Shown: piece after piece, positions 1-9,435 of the stretch | Layout: every line of letters starts with the position of its first letter | Numbering within the stretch: position 1 is the stretch's first letter | Source of the DNA: Microgenomates group bacterium GW2011_GWC1_46_15 | Lineage (GTDB): Bacteria; Patescibacteriota; Microgenomatia; UBA1400; UBA12028 | Assembly (NCBI GenBank): GCA_001002285.1 | Contig: LCLX01000002.1 | Location: 131,827-195,826, forward strand | Direction: 5' to 3' | Length of the DNA: 64,000 nucleotides | Made by a program: the position numbers and the translations under genes | The notes under the pieces: generated by a model | Databases searched by the model: none | What the model was told of the DNA's origin: nothing | What the model saw: only the letters and a program-made list of their open reading frames with translations

Positions 1-207
1 CGCTTTTTTGACAAACTTCTCATTTTTCTCACAGTTCAGTACCTTGGCGAGAATGCGGGCGCTGCTTGTCTTGCCCGTACCTTTGGAGCCGGCAAAAAGA
101 TACGCGTGCGAAAAACTCCCGCTATCGCGGATACGGCCAAGCGCCTCACGGGAAGCGGGCAAGTTTAGTTCAGAGATCGTTTGCGGACGATAGGTGCGGT
201 ACCACAT
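1..207 (-). CDS. dnaX: DNA polymerase III subunit gamma/tau, N-terminal part (gene continues beyond window start)
   Basis: Minus-strand translation from ATG at 205-207 gives [14 protein letters not shown]...[26 protein letters not shown], i.e. the RPQ box plus Walker A of clamp-loader ATPases; open to position 1. Confidence 0.8.
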   Translation of the reverse strand, partial: MWYRTYRPQTISELNLPASREALGRIRDSGSFSHAYLFAGSKGTGKTSSARILAKVLNCEKNEKFVKKA

Positions 208-280
208 ACAATATTTCTTTCGGGACAGGAATGCGAACTATTGGCGATGACTATTGCGTACACATGTACTCTACCATGGA

Positions 281-682
281 TTAGTCGTGATGGAATCCTA
301 GCAGATGCATGAGTCCATGTTCAACAAGAAAACAGATTTGCGCGTCCACCATTTTTCCCAACTTGCGTGCTTCTTTGACTGCTTCGGGAAAACACACCAC
401 AATGTCTCCAATGTGTGAAATGGTGTCATCATTTTTGACAGTACGCGGAAACTCTTTTTCGTGTTGTTCAGGATCGTGTTGAGGAAACGACAACACATCG
501 GTGACGCCTTCATGCTTCATCAATCCTTCGTTGAGCTCAATCATGCGGCGGGAACCAACAATGGATACCGAAACTTCAACATCATCCGCGCCATGCTCTT
601 TGAGTGCGCGTTCAACACTCGCGCGAATCGCTTTCCTATTCACAGGATATCTTGAGCCAACACGCACTGATGTAATGATCAT
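281..682 (-). CDS. ybeY: endoribonuclease YbeY (rRNA maturation factor)
   Basis: 133 aa with C-terminal HGLMHLLGFHH zinc-binding motif typical of YbeY/UPF0054. Confidence 0.9.
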   Translation of the reverse strand: MIITSVRVGSRYPVNRKAIRASVERALKEHGADDVEVSVSIVGSRRMIELNEGLMKHEGVTDVLSFPQHDPEQHEKEFPRTVKNDDTISHIGDIVVCFPEAVKEARKLGKMVDAQICFLVEHGLMHLLGFHHD

Positions 683-700
683 GGATCGTTTTACACACCT

Positions 701-919
701 CTATAACGGTTTCTTTGCCTCGCGTATCGCGATATGTGCGTCGCGGTACCTTCTGCGTTCTAACTCTTTTTTGTGTTCTTTCCGCTTGAGTGCGGGTTTC
801 TTGTAAAACTCTTTTTCTCTCAAAAGTGGAAGTGTATTATCGATCACCACGCGCCGCTTGAAGCGACGAATGACGCTCTCTGTTGATTCATCTCGTTTTG
901 CTCGAACAATCGTTGCCAC
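701..919 (-). CDS. rpsU: 30S ribosomal protein S21
   Basis: 72-aa basic protein, VRRFKRRV... and KRKEHKKELERRR tail, typical bS21. Confidence 0.85.
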   Translation of the reverse strand: MATIVRAKRDESTESVIRRFKRRVVIDNTLPLLREKEFYKKPALKRKEHKKELERRRYRDAHIAIREAKKPL

Positions 920-948
920 GTGAACACACCTCCTTCCTCAAAACTATA

Positions 949-1248
949 TTAATGATTCCTATGACGTGTTTTTGCGCCTAAAATTTTTCTCTGCTCCTCT
1001 TTGTATTTTGGACCTGCCTCTATTGTCTCAACTTCCAACGTATTCAAAAATCTTTCATGATATCGTTTAATAAATTCCTCCTTTGTCAAACTTTTTGCTG
1101 CTACCGCTAAAGTAGGTCCTAATATTCCCCTCATCGCTTGGTCATAAAAATTTTCTGGATCATTGATTGCCGCTCCTGGTTCACATCCGATAAATGCGTC
1201 TGCTGTCATATGAGAAGCTATTCTACCCTTCCCTAGGCGTTTTTCCAA
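949..1248 (-). CDS. hypothetical protein
   Basis: 99-aa ORF between the HIT gene and rpsU, same strand; no recognisable motif. Confidence 0.4.
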   Translation of the reverse strand: MEKRLGKGRIASHMTADAFIGCEPGAAINDPENFYDQAMRGILGPTLAVAAKSLTKEEFIKRYHERFLNTLEVETIEAGPKYKEEQRKILGAKTRHRNH

Positions 1249-1263
1249 GCATGAGTTGGTACG

Positions 1264-1746
1264 TTATTTCTTTTCTACAACCGCACGGATTTTTTTTGCA
1301 ATCTCCGCGAGTTTTACATCGTCCATTCTTTTTCCACCATGCGATGAGAGATACCCAGGATATTGGTTAAAATAGAGATCTTGTAATCCGGATGATTCAA
1401 TAGGCTTCCACTCCTTCATATTTCCTGTTCCATGCATTGGAAATAATTTGGTGTGCAGATGATCAACTCCAAACCCCTCGAGGAACATGCCTGTGCGACC
1501 CACGTCAGAAAATGCTTTGGTTAAAAGATTCCCAACCGTCCGCGTAGCCTTCATTAAATCAACATAAATGCGTTCATCATTAGCAAACACATCGCTTGGA
1601 TAGTGTTCTTTCGTTGCAACAATGGTAAAGCCGTCGGTGTTAGGAAAAATGGATAAAAACGCGATATGTTTGTCGTCCTCCCAAACTTTGTGGCTCGGCG
1701 ATTTTCCTTCGGCAATCAAACAAAAAATACAGTGTGGATCTTTCAT
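1264..1746 (-). CDS. HIT-family (histidine triad) nucleotide hydrolase
   Basis: N-terminal CIFC and histidine triad VDHLHTKLFP. Confidence 0.85.
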   Translation of the reverse strand: MKDPHCIFCLIAEGKSPSHKVWEDDKHIAFLSIFPNTDGFTIVATKEHYPSDVFANDERIYVDLMKATRTVGNLLTKAFSDVGRTGMFLEGFGVDHLHTKLFPMHGTGNMKEWKPIESSGLQDLYFNQYPGYLSSHGGKRMDDVKLAEIAKKIRAVVEKK

Positions 1747-1760
1747 ATAACTTTTTCTCC

Positions 1761-2618
1761 TTATATAATATTCTTTGCAATCTCAATAACCTCTTCAAGC
1801 GAAAGTGGCGATGGTTTTTGGCTGATTTTTTGCGAACCATTCAGCACCATATGCCGTCCCTTATGGAAAAACCACGAGCCTTTTGTATCTTTTTTCACAA
1901 TTGCTTCATGAAGTGGTGTCAAATCAATTTCTGGAAGCGGCGCTGCTTTTATCCGGATATTTCCTTGCCGCGGATCTTTTTGAATCACAAGATTAAATCC
2001 TTTCATTTGCGCATACCGCAACACCGCCTGGTTTGAGGTCAGTAATCCAATCCCTTTTCCCCATTTCGTTGAAAACTCAATACCTTCATCCATCACTTCC
2101 ATCGCGCGCTTACGCTCTTTCAATGAAGCATAAATGCCATCCAAACACTTCATACCAAACGCTGTTTGCGAATCATCGTCGTGCAGTTGTGTATACTCCA
2201 GCCCATGCAAAATCCAGCGGAGCGTAAACAGGTAGCGCTCGTGCGATGCTTCCGGCCAAAAGTAATCTTCAAAATGGTCATCTATCACGACATACTCCAC
2301 AACCTGCTGAAGCGCCCAGTCATCTTTTAACTCTGGATGGCGGGCAATGAGATCGTCATACACCAGGCTTGCCGCGCTGATTCGTTGCATTCCTCGGTCG
2401 GCTTGATGGTGGTCAAACTCCCCCTCTCCCGTATCAACGTGCGTGACATCCTGTTCACTCACACTATGTTCCTCGCGGACCACAACCGTTAATTTTTTCC
2501 CCGCGTCTACGAACAGAATTTTTGCATCAGCATACTGCTGGGAATCAAACCGTTTGAGAAGCCACACTGAGGTAATCGCATCAATGTCTGGCGCATGATG
2601 AGTGACAAGAAGTTTCAT
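1761..2618 (-). CDS. DHH-family phosphoesterase-like protein
   Basis: Start at MKLLVTHHAPDIDAITSVWLL (DHH motif I/II region) and later FDHH motif; internal ATG chosen over the longer upstream ORF. Confidence 0.55.
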   Translation of the reverse strand: MKLLVTHHAPDIDAITSVWLLKRFDSQQYADAKILFVDAGKKLTVVVREEHSVSEQDVTHVDTGEGEFDHHQADRGMQRISAASLVYDDLIARHPELKDDWALQQVVEYVVIDDHFEDYFWPEASHERYLFTLRWILHGLEYTQLHDDDSQTAFGMKCLDGIYASLKERKRAMEVMDEGIEFSTKWGKGIGLLTSNQAVLRYAQMKGFNLVIQKDPRQGNIRIKAAPLPEIDLTPLHEAIVKKDTKGSWFFHKGRHMVLNGSQKISQKPSPLSLEEVIEIAKNII

Positions 2619-2683
2619 ATAAATATGATACCAGATAGAGGGGGTGCTTGCGCGCAGAAAAGTCTGGTGTATGATATTCCTGT

Positions 2684-2998
2684 TTGAAAAGGAGAAAGAT
2701 GGTAAACAATGAAACACAGCGCAGTCTTCGAGTTCTTGGATTTATTTACGAAACACCGACAGATGAACGTAACAGGAGTGTTCGGGAATGGTTAGAGGGA
2801 CTCCAAGCCCCGCAAGCACCCGGGACAGGAAACCTTACTATAGCTCATTTGAGAGTACTTGAAACCTTATTGAAAACCCAAAGGTTAAAACGTGGAAACA
2901 TAAGGAAACACGATACTGAAGGAACACACTTCCTTGATATTCTCAATGCAAATGGGCAGCTTGTGGCCAGAGCGTTATTGCAGTTTCTTGCGCAATAA
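2684..2998 (+). CDS. hypothetical small protein
   Basis: 104-aa ORF in the only gap between the DHH gene and glmS; no motif. Confidence 0.3.
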   Translation: MKRRKMVNNETQRSLRVLGFIYETPTDERNRSVREWLEGLQAPQAPGTGNLTIAHLRVLETLLKTQRLKRGNIRKHDTEGTHFLDILNANGQLVARALLQFLAQ

Positions 2999-3000
2999 TT

Positions 3001-4770
3001 CTACTTTACCGTCACGCTTTTTGCCAAGTTCCGTGGCTTATCAATGTCCCTCCCCAACCTAACCGCAGTGTAGTACGCCAACAATTGGCCCACTACAATA
3101 TGCGGAAGGAGCGTTGCTTCTTGTGCATCACCGACCGGTAAAAAGATGTCAAATGTCGAGTTCGGCTTTGATGAAATACCGATCATGACTCCACCCCGCG
3201 CGCGAATTTCCATCGCGTTTGCCACCACCGCATCGTACTCTGCATCATCGGGTGCAAACACAACACATGGTGTCCCTTTTTCGATAAGTGCGATCATGCC
3301 GTGTTTAAGTTCTCCACCCGCAAATCCTTCGGCATGAATGTATGCAATTTCTTTCATCTTTAACGCCGACTCCAGCGCCGTGGGATAGGAAAATCCACGG
3401 CCAATATAGAACATATTTTTCTGTTTGGCCAAGAGTGGAATCACCGGCGCAAGATACCTTTTGTAGTACTGCGGAGTAAGGAGTGTTTCTATGGATTTTT
3501 CAGCTTTTTTTAAGATACCTTGTCCATATACACACTTCCTACCAACCGCAGATGCTAACACAATCAAATGGCTAATCATCGCCGTTAGTGCTTTTGTTGA
3601 AGCAACACAAATCTCGGGGCCCGCGGTAAGCGGGATGGTAGTGTCGGCAAGGCGGGATAGTGCCGATCCCATCACGTTCACGAGCGCATCAACATGCATT
3701 CCGCGTTTTTTCATATCCTTTGCGGGTTCAACAACGTCAATCGTCTCACCGCTTTGAGAGATACATAACGCGGTCATGTTTTTAGTAAGTGCGGGTGAAA
3801 TCGCATGATACTCATTCCCCTGCACCGCACTCCATTGTTTTTGTGCAAAATGCGCAAACAGCGCTGTACCCGCCAATGACGCGTAGTACGCCGAACCGCA
3901 TCCTACAAATACTCCCCGTTCCGCATGTTTTATGTGAGCAACAAGTTCTGTCGTGTTTTTCTGCTGTGCAGATTCAGCAATATGCCGTATGACTCTCGGC
4001 TGTTCGTGCATTTCTTTGAGCATAAAATGCGCGTATCCGCCTTTATCAACTTTTTGTGAAGAAAATAGCGCGTCCGCAGTGGCAAGTTTTAACGTTTTTT
4101 TCTTACCTGAAAGTGTATACAGCCGGACAGTGTTATTGCGCACAACTACCATTTCACCATCTTCCAGTGGTCGGACTTTTTCCGCGATCGTGGAAAGTGA
4201 TGCAAGGTCAGACGAGAAAAGATACTCGCTGTCTTTTGTTCTCCCCAAAATCAGTGGTGATCCTGTTTTGGCTGCAACCAATGTGTGGTCTTCAGCAGAA
4301 AACACGAGCACTGCGTTAAGACCGTGCAAACGTTGGAACGCGTGGCGGACTGTTTCAACAAAAGTATTTTTTTGAAGATTTTCCTCAATCACGTGAATCA
4401 ATACCTCTGTATCTGTTTCCGACCTAAATGTGTGTCGTTTTTTGAGTGATTTTTTCAACTCTTGATAGTTTTCGATGATGCCGTTGTGCACAATCGCAAT
4501 CCGTTTTGTACAATCCAAGTGTGGGTGCGCGTTTGCGTCCGTAACTCCACCGTGCGTTGCCCATCGCGTGTGCCCAAACCCCATTGTGCTTTGTGGCAAA
4601 GAATGTACGCTCGCACCGATTTTTCCGGCATGTTTTTCAACCGCAAACGTGTTATGAGTAACAACCGCAACGCCCCAAGAATCATATCCGCGGTACTCCA
4701 GCTGTTTGAGTCCGTTCAGAACGGTGTCCGCTGCATTTTTTTGTTTCGTCACTGCAAAAATTCCGCACAT
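3001..4770 (-). CDS. glmS: glutamine--fructose-6-phosphate aminotransferase (isomerizing)
   Basis: 589 aa starting MCGIFAV (Ntn catalytic Cys2), two SIS domains, ends ...SVTVK; AAGGAG RBS upstream. Confidence 0.95.
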   Translation of the reverse strand: MCGIFAVTKQKNAADTVLNGLKQLEYRGYDSWGVAVVTHNTFAVEKHAGKIGASVHSLPQSTMGFGHTRWATHGGVTDANAHPHLDCTKRIAIVHNGIIENYQELKKSLKKRHTFRSETDTEVLIHVIEENLQKNTFVETVRHAFQRLHGLNAVLVFSAEDHTLVAAKTGSPLILGRTKDSEYLFSSDLASLSTIAEKVRPLEDGEMVVVRNNTVRLYTLSGKKKTLKLATADALFSSQKVDKGGYAHFMLKEMHEQPRVIRHIAESAQQKNTTELVAHIKHAERGVFVGCGSAYYASLAGTALFAHFAQKQWSAVQGNEYHAISPALTKNMTALCISQSGETIDVVEPAKDMKKRGMHVDALVNVMGSALSRLADTTIPLTAGPEICVASTKALTAMISHLIVLASAVGRKCVYGQGILKKAEKSIETLLTPQYYKRYLAPVIPLLAKQKNMFYIGRGFSYPTALESALKMKEIAYIHAEGFAGGELKHGMIALIEKGTPCVVFAPDDAEYDAVVANAMEIRARGGVMIGISSKPNSTFDIFLPVGDAQEATLLPHIVVGQLLAYYTAVRLGRDIDKPRNLAKSVTVK

Positions 4771-4844
4771 ACAATGCTCCTTTCAAGAGACGCACATATA
4801 TTCGTATAGATGATAAAAGACAGACCGAAGATGGCCTGGACAAC

Positions 4845-5045
4845 CTGCAACTGACTTTGGCCTCCGCGTTTCCACAGAGTTTTAATCAACTGCTTACGGA
4901 TTGTTGTCGTGTCCGGAGGGTTTCCGCTAGATACTGCGCCGCATAGTGCCGGTGCGTCCGATTGCTCTTTCTTCTTGATTGCTCAAGAAGCGAGCCCCCC
5001 TTCCTCGTATCCCTGCTCTTTGGTGTTACAAAGCGAGGGCCACAC
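4845..5045 (-). promoter_or_regulatory. candidate glmS-ribozyme-like structured leader in the 345-nt 5' region of glmS (approximate bounds)
   Basis: Minus-strand RNA contains UACGAGGAAGGGGGG followed by a perfect hairpin CUUCUUGA-GCAA-UCAAGAAG, then ...CGGCG...CCCUCC (can pair with GGGGGG) and CCGUAAG, resembling the GACGAGGA / P2.1 / CCGUAAGG core of glmS ribozymes; not verified by covariance model. Confidence 0.3.
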
Positions 5046-5115
5046 GCTCGATGTTGATGAGAGATGGCCTCCTTTCCTGTATGCCCTATTATGCCACGAA
5101 AACACCACAATGCCA

Positions 5116-5496
5116 CTATGCGCGATATTTCTTTTTTCCTTTATCCGCAACCCCAAATACTGCCCCGCGGATCTGATGAATATCCCGTTCACATGCAGAG
5201 TTAAAAACACGTTGTTCTTCAATAAATGTTCCCACTTTTTGATGAACGGCAAGATGGATTCTGCGTTCTGTTTGCCGAAGTTCTTCTCTCCACTCTGTGG
5301 CAAGCTCCCTGAGGTCTTTTTTGGTTGCACATGTTTTCAGGCCTTCTTTTAAATCTTCTTTCGTGGCAAACTCCCTTCTCAGAGAAGGTAGCAGCACCTC
5401 GTCCCAAAGTTGCCCAAAAGCTTGGAAGAAAAGCCCCACTGTAAGTGGCGCATCTAAATCCATTTTTGAAAGATCGACGTGTTGAAAAGTGGTCAT
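5116..5496 (-). CDS. hypothetical coiled-coil protein with repeated ATKxDL motifs (DUF1640-like)
   Basis: Start MTTFQHVDLSK with AAGGAG RBS 5 nt upstream; repeats FATKEDLKEGL / ATKKDLRELA. Confidence 0.45.
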   Translation of the reverse strand: MTTFQHVDLSKMDLDAPLTVGLFFQAFGQLWDEVLLPSLRREFATKEDLKEGLKTCATKKDLRELATEWREELRQTERRIHLAVHQKVGTFIEEQRVFNSACERDIHQIRGAVFGVADKGKKKYRA

Positions 5497-5640
5497 GTAT
5501 GACTCCTTTGTTAAGACAACGAATAGTGGATAGCTCGCTTCGTGGAAATGGGCGGCGTAGGGTATAAAAAACAACAAAACGCCGGCGAACAGTTCACCCA
5601 TTCAACCAAAAACATCAGGAGAAATCAAGATTCAAATTAT

Positions 5641-6603
5641 TCAGATACTTGGGAGTATTTTATGCATCATCATGTTCCAATATGTTTCATACCGATTCAT
5701 CACTGCGCCCTGAGCTACTACCCGCTGATCAAGTGTATGTGGAACTCCAGGGTCAAAACCGGTTTCAATAATAATGACTGCCTTCGCGGCTGGTTTCTCA
5801 ATTTTTCCACCACGAAAAAAAACACGTGGGGCTGAGATCAACTCATCAACCGATCCATCAACCGCATTTCGTACAACACCGTAAATAATCTTTTCTCCAA
5901 AAGCCGTTTCTCCATCCTGTGCAATCGGCATATCATTCGCATGCAACACGTCAACAACATCTTCAGCAATTCGAACAAGCCCATGTTCTCCATGATAATA
6001 CGTATATGAAGCGCGCGCCTGCGGACTATCTGGTTCTGGAGAAAATTCATCCTCATGATGATCAAAAACAAGTACTGGGGGATGTTGAACACATTGTGTG
6101 AGCGCCCACACTGTAATACATTCCGCGTCAAAAGAAATTGGTTTGCGCGTTCTTGGACCACTTTCAATTTCGTTTAACAATACGTGTTCGGAATCTCCAA
6201 CGCTCGCACCAAAATCTGGATTCCATAGTTCGTTAGGATATCGCCACTTTTTAATATATCCAAGAGGATTTAAAATTGATGTACAAAGAATAGGAATACC
6301 TGCCTCGGCTAACATCAACAGTGTTCTCACGTGCTGCGCGAGCGCATTTGACGGGGCGGGCTCTTCCCCATGCACTCCAACCAATACCCAAAGACCAGGA
6401 TTTTCATGCCATTGAGGACTTATATATCCGTAAACTGGCAACACAACTTTTCTTCCACCACCAGTTTTTCCTTCCTGCACATGAATACGCTGCTGTTCCC
6501 AACCATGGTGTGTGAGTTGTTCCAACGCTCTATACACTTCTTCAATCGGCAGTCTCGAATCTTTTTGAAAAGTTCCAACACGAAGCGGGGTTTCAATGCT
6601 CAT
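5641..6603 (-). CDS. M14-family zinc carboxypeptidase / succinylglutamate desuccinylase-aspartoacylase-like protein
   Basis: VLVGVHGEEP (HxxE zinc site) and downstream FDHHE; start chosen at MSIETPL directly after proS stop. Confidence 0.55.
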   Translation of the reverse strand: MSIETPLRVGTFQKDSRLPIEEVYRALEQLTHHGWEQQRIHVQEGKTGGGRKVVLPVYGYISPQWHENPGLWVLVGVHGEEPAPSNALAQHVRTLLMLAEAGIPILCTSILNPLGYIKKWRYPNELWNPDFGASVGDSEHVLLNEIESGPRTRKPISFDAECITVWALTQCVQHPPVLVFDHHEDEFSPEPDSPQARASYTYYHGEHGLVRIAEDVVDVLHANDMPIAQDGETAFGEKIIYGVVRNAVDGSVDELISAPRVFFRGGKIEKPAAKAVIIIETGFDPGVPHTLDQRVVAQGAVMNRYETYWNMMMHKILPSI

Positions 6604-6604
6604 G

Positions 6605-8101
6605 TTAGTATGCCTGTGCGAATACCCACCGGTGCTTGGCAGGTTTCCCACAGTACACACACTTCCCAATCTCTTCTTTGGCATCCAACGGCAAACACCG
6701 CGTTGAGGCTTTTGTTTCTTCTTTGATTTTTGTTTCGCACGCGGGGTCTTCACACCATAACGCGTGAATAAATCCGCGCTTCTCTTCCATTACTTTTTTG
6801 AACTCATCGTATGAATCGACGGTTGAAGTCATCGCCTGCCGCATCTCTTCCGCTTTCTCAAACATTGCGCCTTGAATTTCGTCCAGCAATTTGGGAAGCG
6901 TTGCATCAAGCGTGGCAATATCCAATGACCGCTTTTCTCCACTATGCCGAATTGCAATTGTTGCAAAACCCGTCTCAACCTCTTTGCGACCTAACTCCAA
7001 TCGAACAGGAACGCCTTTGAGTTCCCAAGCGTTGCGTTTGTACCCAAGAGACATCCCCTCACGCGTATCTACTTTTACTCGTACACCAACACGCTCCAAA
7101 GCAGCGCGTTGCATCTGCGCTTGCTCAATGAGCTGATCGTCGTCGCCGATAGGGATAATGACAACTTGAATAGGTGCAACCTTGGGAGGTAATACCAGCC
7201 CTTGATCATCACCATGTGCCAGTACAAGCGCGCCCAATGACCGCGTGGAGTATCCAAAACTGGTTTGCCAAGCAAAATCTTGCTCTCCTTTGACGTTTTG
7301 AAACGCAATGTTGAATGACTTGGAGAAGTTCTGACCTAAATCATGGCTTGTCGCCCCCTGCAACGCCTTGCCGTCCGGCATCATGAGTTCAACGGTTGTC
7401 GTTACATCTGCGCCCGCAAACTTTTCTGCAGTGCTTTTCGTTCCCTTTAAGGCTGGAATGGCTAAGTATTCTTCGTACACCTCTGCGTACGCATCAAGCG
7501 CGTCCAATACTTGCCGCCAAGACTCATCATGATACGCATGTGCGGTGTGCGCTTCCTGCCATAAAAACTCCATGCCGCGCAGAAAAAAGTATGTGCGCTT
7601 CTCCCATCGCACAACGTTGTTCCATTGATTCAATTTTAAAGGTAGATCGCGGTGCGAGTGGATCCATTTTGCGTACATCGCGTACATGATGGTTTCGGAA
7701 GTTGGGCGAACAATAAGTTTCTCAGCCAGTTGTTCTCCACCGCCAATCGTGACTACTGCTAACTCCGGCGCAAATCCTTCAACGTGTTCTTTTTCTTTTG
7801 TAAGCAAGCTTTCGGGGATAAGTAAAGGAAAATATGTGTTTTCAATCTCCATTTTTTTGAACCGCTCGTTGAGCGCCGCCTGAATGTACTCCCACACCGC
7901 GTAGCCTAATGGCCTGTAGACAATAGAGCCACGTACGGGCGAGTAGTCCGCCATTTCAGACTGCACGATCACGTCGGTATACCACTCGCTGATGTTCTGC
8001 GATTTTGGTGTAACACCGCGTTTTTGAAATGTCGCGGTACCGGATTGCGCTTTGGATTGTGCCTCGGACTTGGTTTTGGTTTGGTGCGTGGGCTGTTTCA
8101 T
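6605..8101 (-). CDS. proS: proline--tRNA ligase, archaeal/eukaryotic type
   Basis: Class II aaRS motifs, C-terminal zinc-binding CVYCGKPAKHRWVFAQAY ending in Tyr; start MKQPTHQ preceded by AAGGGG RBS. Confidence 0.9.
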   Translation of the reverse strand: MKQPTHQTKTKSEAQSKAQSGTATFQKRGVTPKSQNISEWYTDVIVQSEMADYSPVRGSIVYRPLGYAVWEYIQAALNERFKKMEIENTYFPLLIPESLLTKEKEHVEGFAPELAVVTIGGGEQLAEKLIVRPTSETIMYAMYAKWIHSHRDLPLKLNQWNNVVRWEKRTYFFLRGMEFLWQEAHTAHAYHDESWRQVLDALDAYAEVYEEYLAIPALKGTKSTAEKFAGADVTTTVELMMPDGKALQGATSHDLGQNFSKSFNIAFQNVKGEQDFAWQTSFGYSTRSLGALVLAHGDDQGLVLPPKVAPIQVVIIPIGDDDQLIEQAQMQRAALERVGVRVKVDTREGMSLGYKRNAWELKGVPVRLELGRKEVETGFATIAIRHSGEKRSLDIATLDATLPKLLDEIQGAMFEKAEEMRQAMTSTVDSYDEFKKVMEEKRGFIHALWCEDPACETKIKEETKASTRCLPLDAKEEIGKCVYCGKPAKHRWVFAQAY

Positions 8102-8148
8102 ATATCCCCTTAATATACTACACAATCAAATCAGAGAAAAACAGAAAC

Positions 8149-9039
8149 CTAGAGCGCCTTCATCGCGGCCGCAAACACCGGCGCAACAGACAACACGTGG
8201 AGTTTTGAAAATATTTTTCCTTCAACCGAAACGGTGTCAGATACAATCACCTCGTCAACTTGGCTTTGCTCGAGATTACGTGAAGCATCCCCCGCCAACA
8301 ATGCGTGTGTCGCGTAAAAAATCACCCGCTTTGCCCCGTGTTCTTTGAGCACGCGCGCGGACTCGATCATTGTTGAGCCGGTATTAATGACATCATCAAT
8401 CACAACACACGTTTTCCCGTGGACATCGCCTGAGGTAAGCCGCGCCTCAATCTCCCCCGTGGCAAGATCACGCCGTTTATCAATGTTGAGAAAGGGTGCG
8501 TCAAGCGCCGTGGCAAATATACTCGCCCGTTTGAGCCCGCCAAAGTCCGGCGAAATAACAACAACATCTTTCTTGTACATCTTTTTTGCGTGCGCGATAA
8601 ATACACTCCATGCGCTAAGCACCGTGGTTGGCACAGAGAGAAATCCGGCAATGCTGTTGCTATGCAAATCCATCAACATGACACGTTTAATGTGCTGGGC
8701 GGAAATGAGGTCGGCGATAACACGCGCGGCAATGGTTTCTCCGGGCCGGAATACTTTATCCTGCAAGGAGTACCCCATCCACGGCACAATCGCAGTAATC
8801 GAACGGGCGCCCGCGCGGTTCAGCGCGTCAACCAAAAACAAATACTCTAAAATGTGCTCATCAACTGGCGCGGAAAACGACTGCAAAATAAACACATGTT
8901 TGCCCACAACACCATCTTGTATCCAGATACGTTTTTCGTCATTTGCAAACGTTGAAATTTCGGTTTTCCCGAGCGGAATCTTCGCGAGTGATGCGATGCG
9001 TTTTGCGAGAGCGAAGTTTGAGGTACCAGAGAAAAGCAC
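8149..9039 (-). CDS. prs: ribose-phosphate pyrophosphokinase
   Basis: PRPP synthetase signature including VVIDDVINTGSTM PRPP-binding loop. Confidence 0.9.
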   Translation of the reverse strand: MLFSGTSNFALAKRIASLAKIPLGKTEISTFANDEKRIWIQDGVVGKHVFILQSFSAPVDEHILEYLFLVDALNRAGARSITAIVPWMGYSLQDKVFRPGETIAARVIADLISAQHIKRVMLMDLHSNSIAGFLSVPTTVLSAWSVFIAHAKKMYKKDVVVISPDFGGLKRASIFATALDAPFLNIDKRRDLATGEIEARLTSGDVHGKTCVVIDDVINTGSTMIESARVLKEHGAKRVIFYATHALLAGDASRNLEQSQVDEVIVSDTVSVEGKIFSKLHVLSVAPVFAAAMKAL

Positions 9040-9051
9040 AAGCGTATTGTA

Positions 9052-9396
9052 CTACGCCTTTTTGGTTTTTGCTTTTTTGACTGTTTTAATAGCTGTTTTT
9101 GCGGCTACTTTAACGGCTTTTTTTGCGGAAGTAACAACTGGTTTTACCACGGAAGATTCGGCACTCTTCATGAGCTTACTCAGGCTACTTTTCAATCGTG
9201 CCGCCTTATTTTTGTGCAAGATGTTTTTCTTGACTGCGCGGTCGAGCGCGGAAAACGCCTCGGTTAAAAGCTCGGCGGTTGGCGTCTTTTTCATGGCGTC
9301 CACCGTGGACTTGATGCGCGTACGGAACGTACGGTTCAACTCCGTGTGCTTTTTCGCCTGACGCAATGCTTTAAGTGCTGATGATGTGATTGGCAT
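9052..9396 (-). CDS. rpsT: 30S ribosomal protein S20 with Lys/Ala-rich C-terminal tail
   Basis: MPITSSALKALRQAKKH...ILHKNKAARLKSSLSKL matches bS20; the longer ORF uses a TTG, so the ATG at 9396 is preferred. Confidence 0.75.
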   Translation of the reverse strand: MPITSSALKALRQAKKHTELNRTFRTRIKSTVDAMKKTPTAELLTEAFSALDRAVKKNILHKNKAARLKSSLSKLMKSAESSVVKPVVTSAKKAVKVAAKTAIKTVKKAKTKKA

Positions 9397-9435
9397 AGGG
9401 GGAATTGTACCAGAGAGAAAGCGATGACTCAAGCC

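Noticed and set aside
8-284. Plus-strand ORFs 8..193 and 66..284 at the window start
   Set aside because: They are antisense to a clear dnaX N-terminus (RPQ box plus Walker A) on the minus strand and have no motifs of their own.
8345-9361. 338-aa plus-strand ORF
   Set aside because: It is antisense to prs and rpsT, is Ser/Ala-rich and low-complexity, and has no RBS; it is a shadow ORF in GC-skewed coding sequence.
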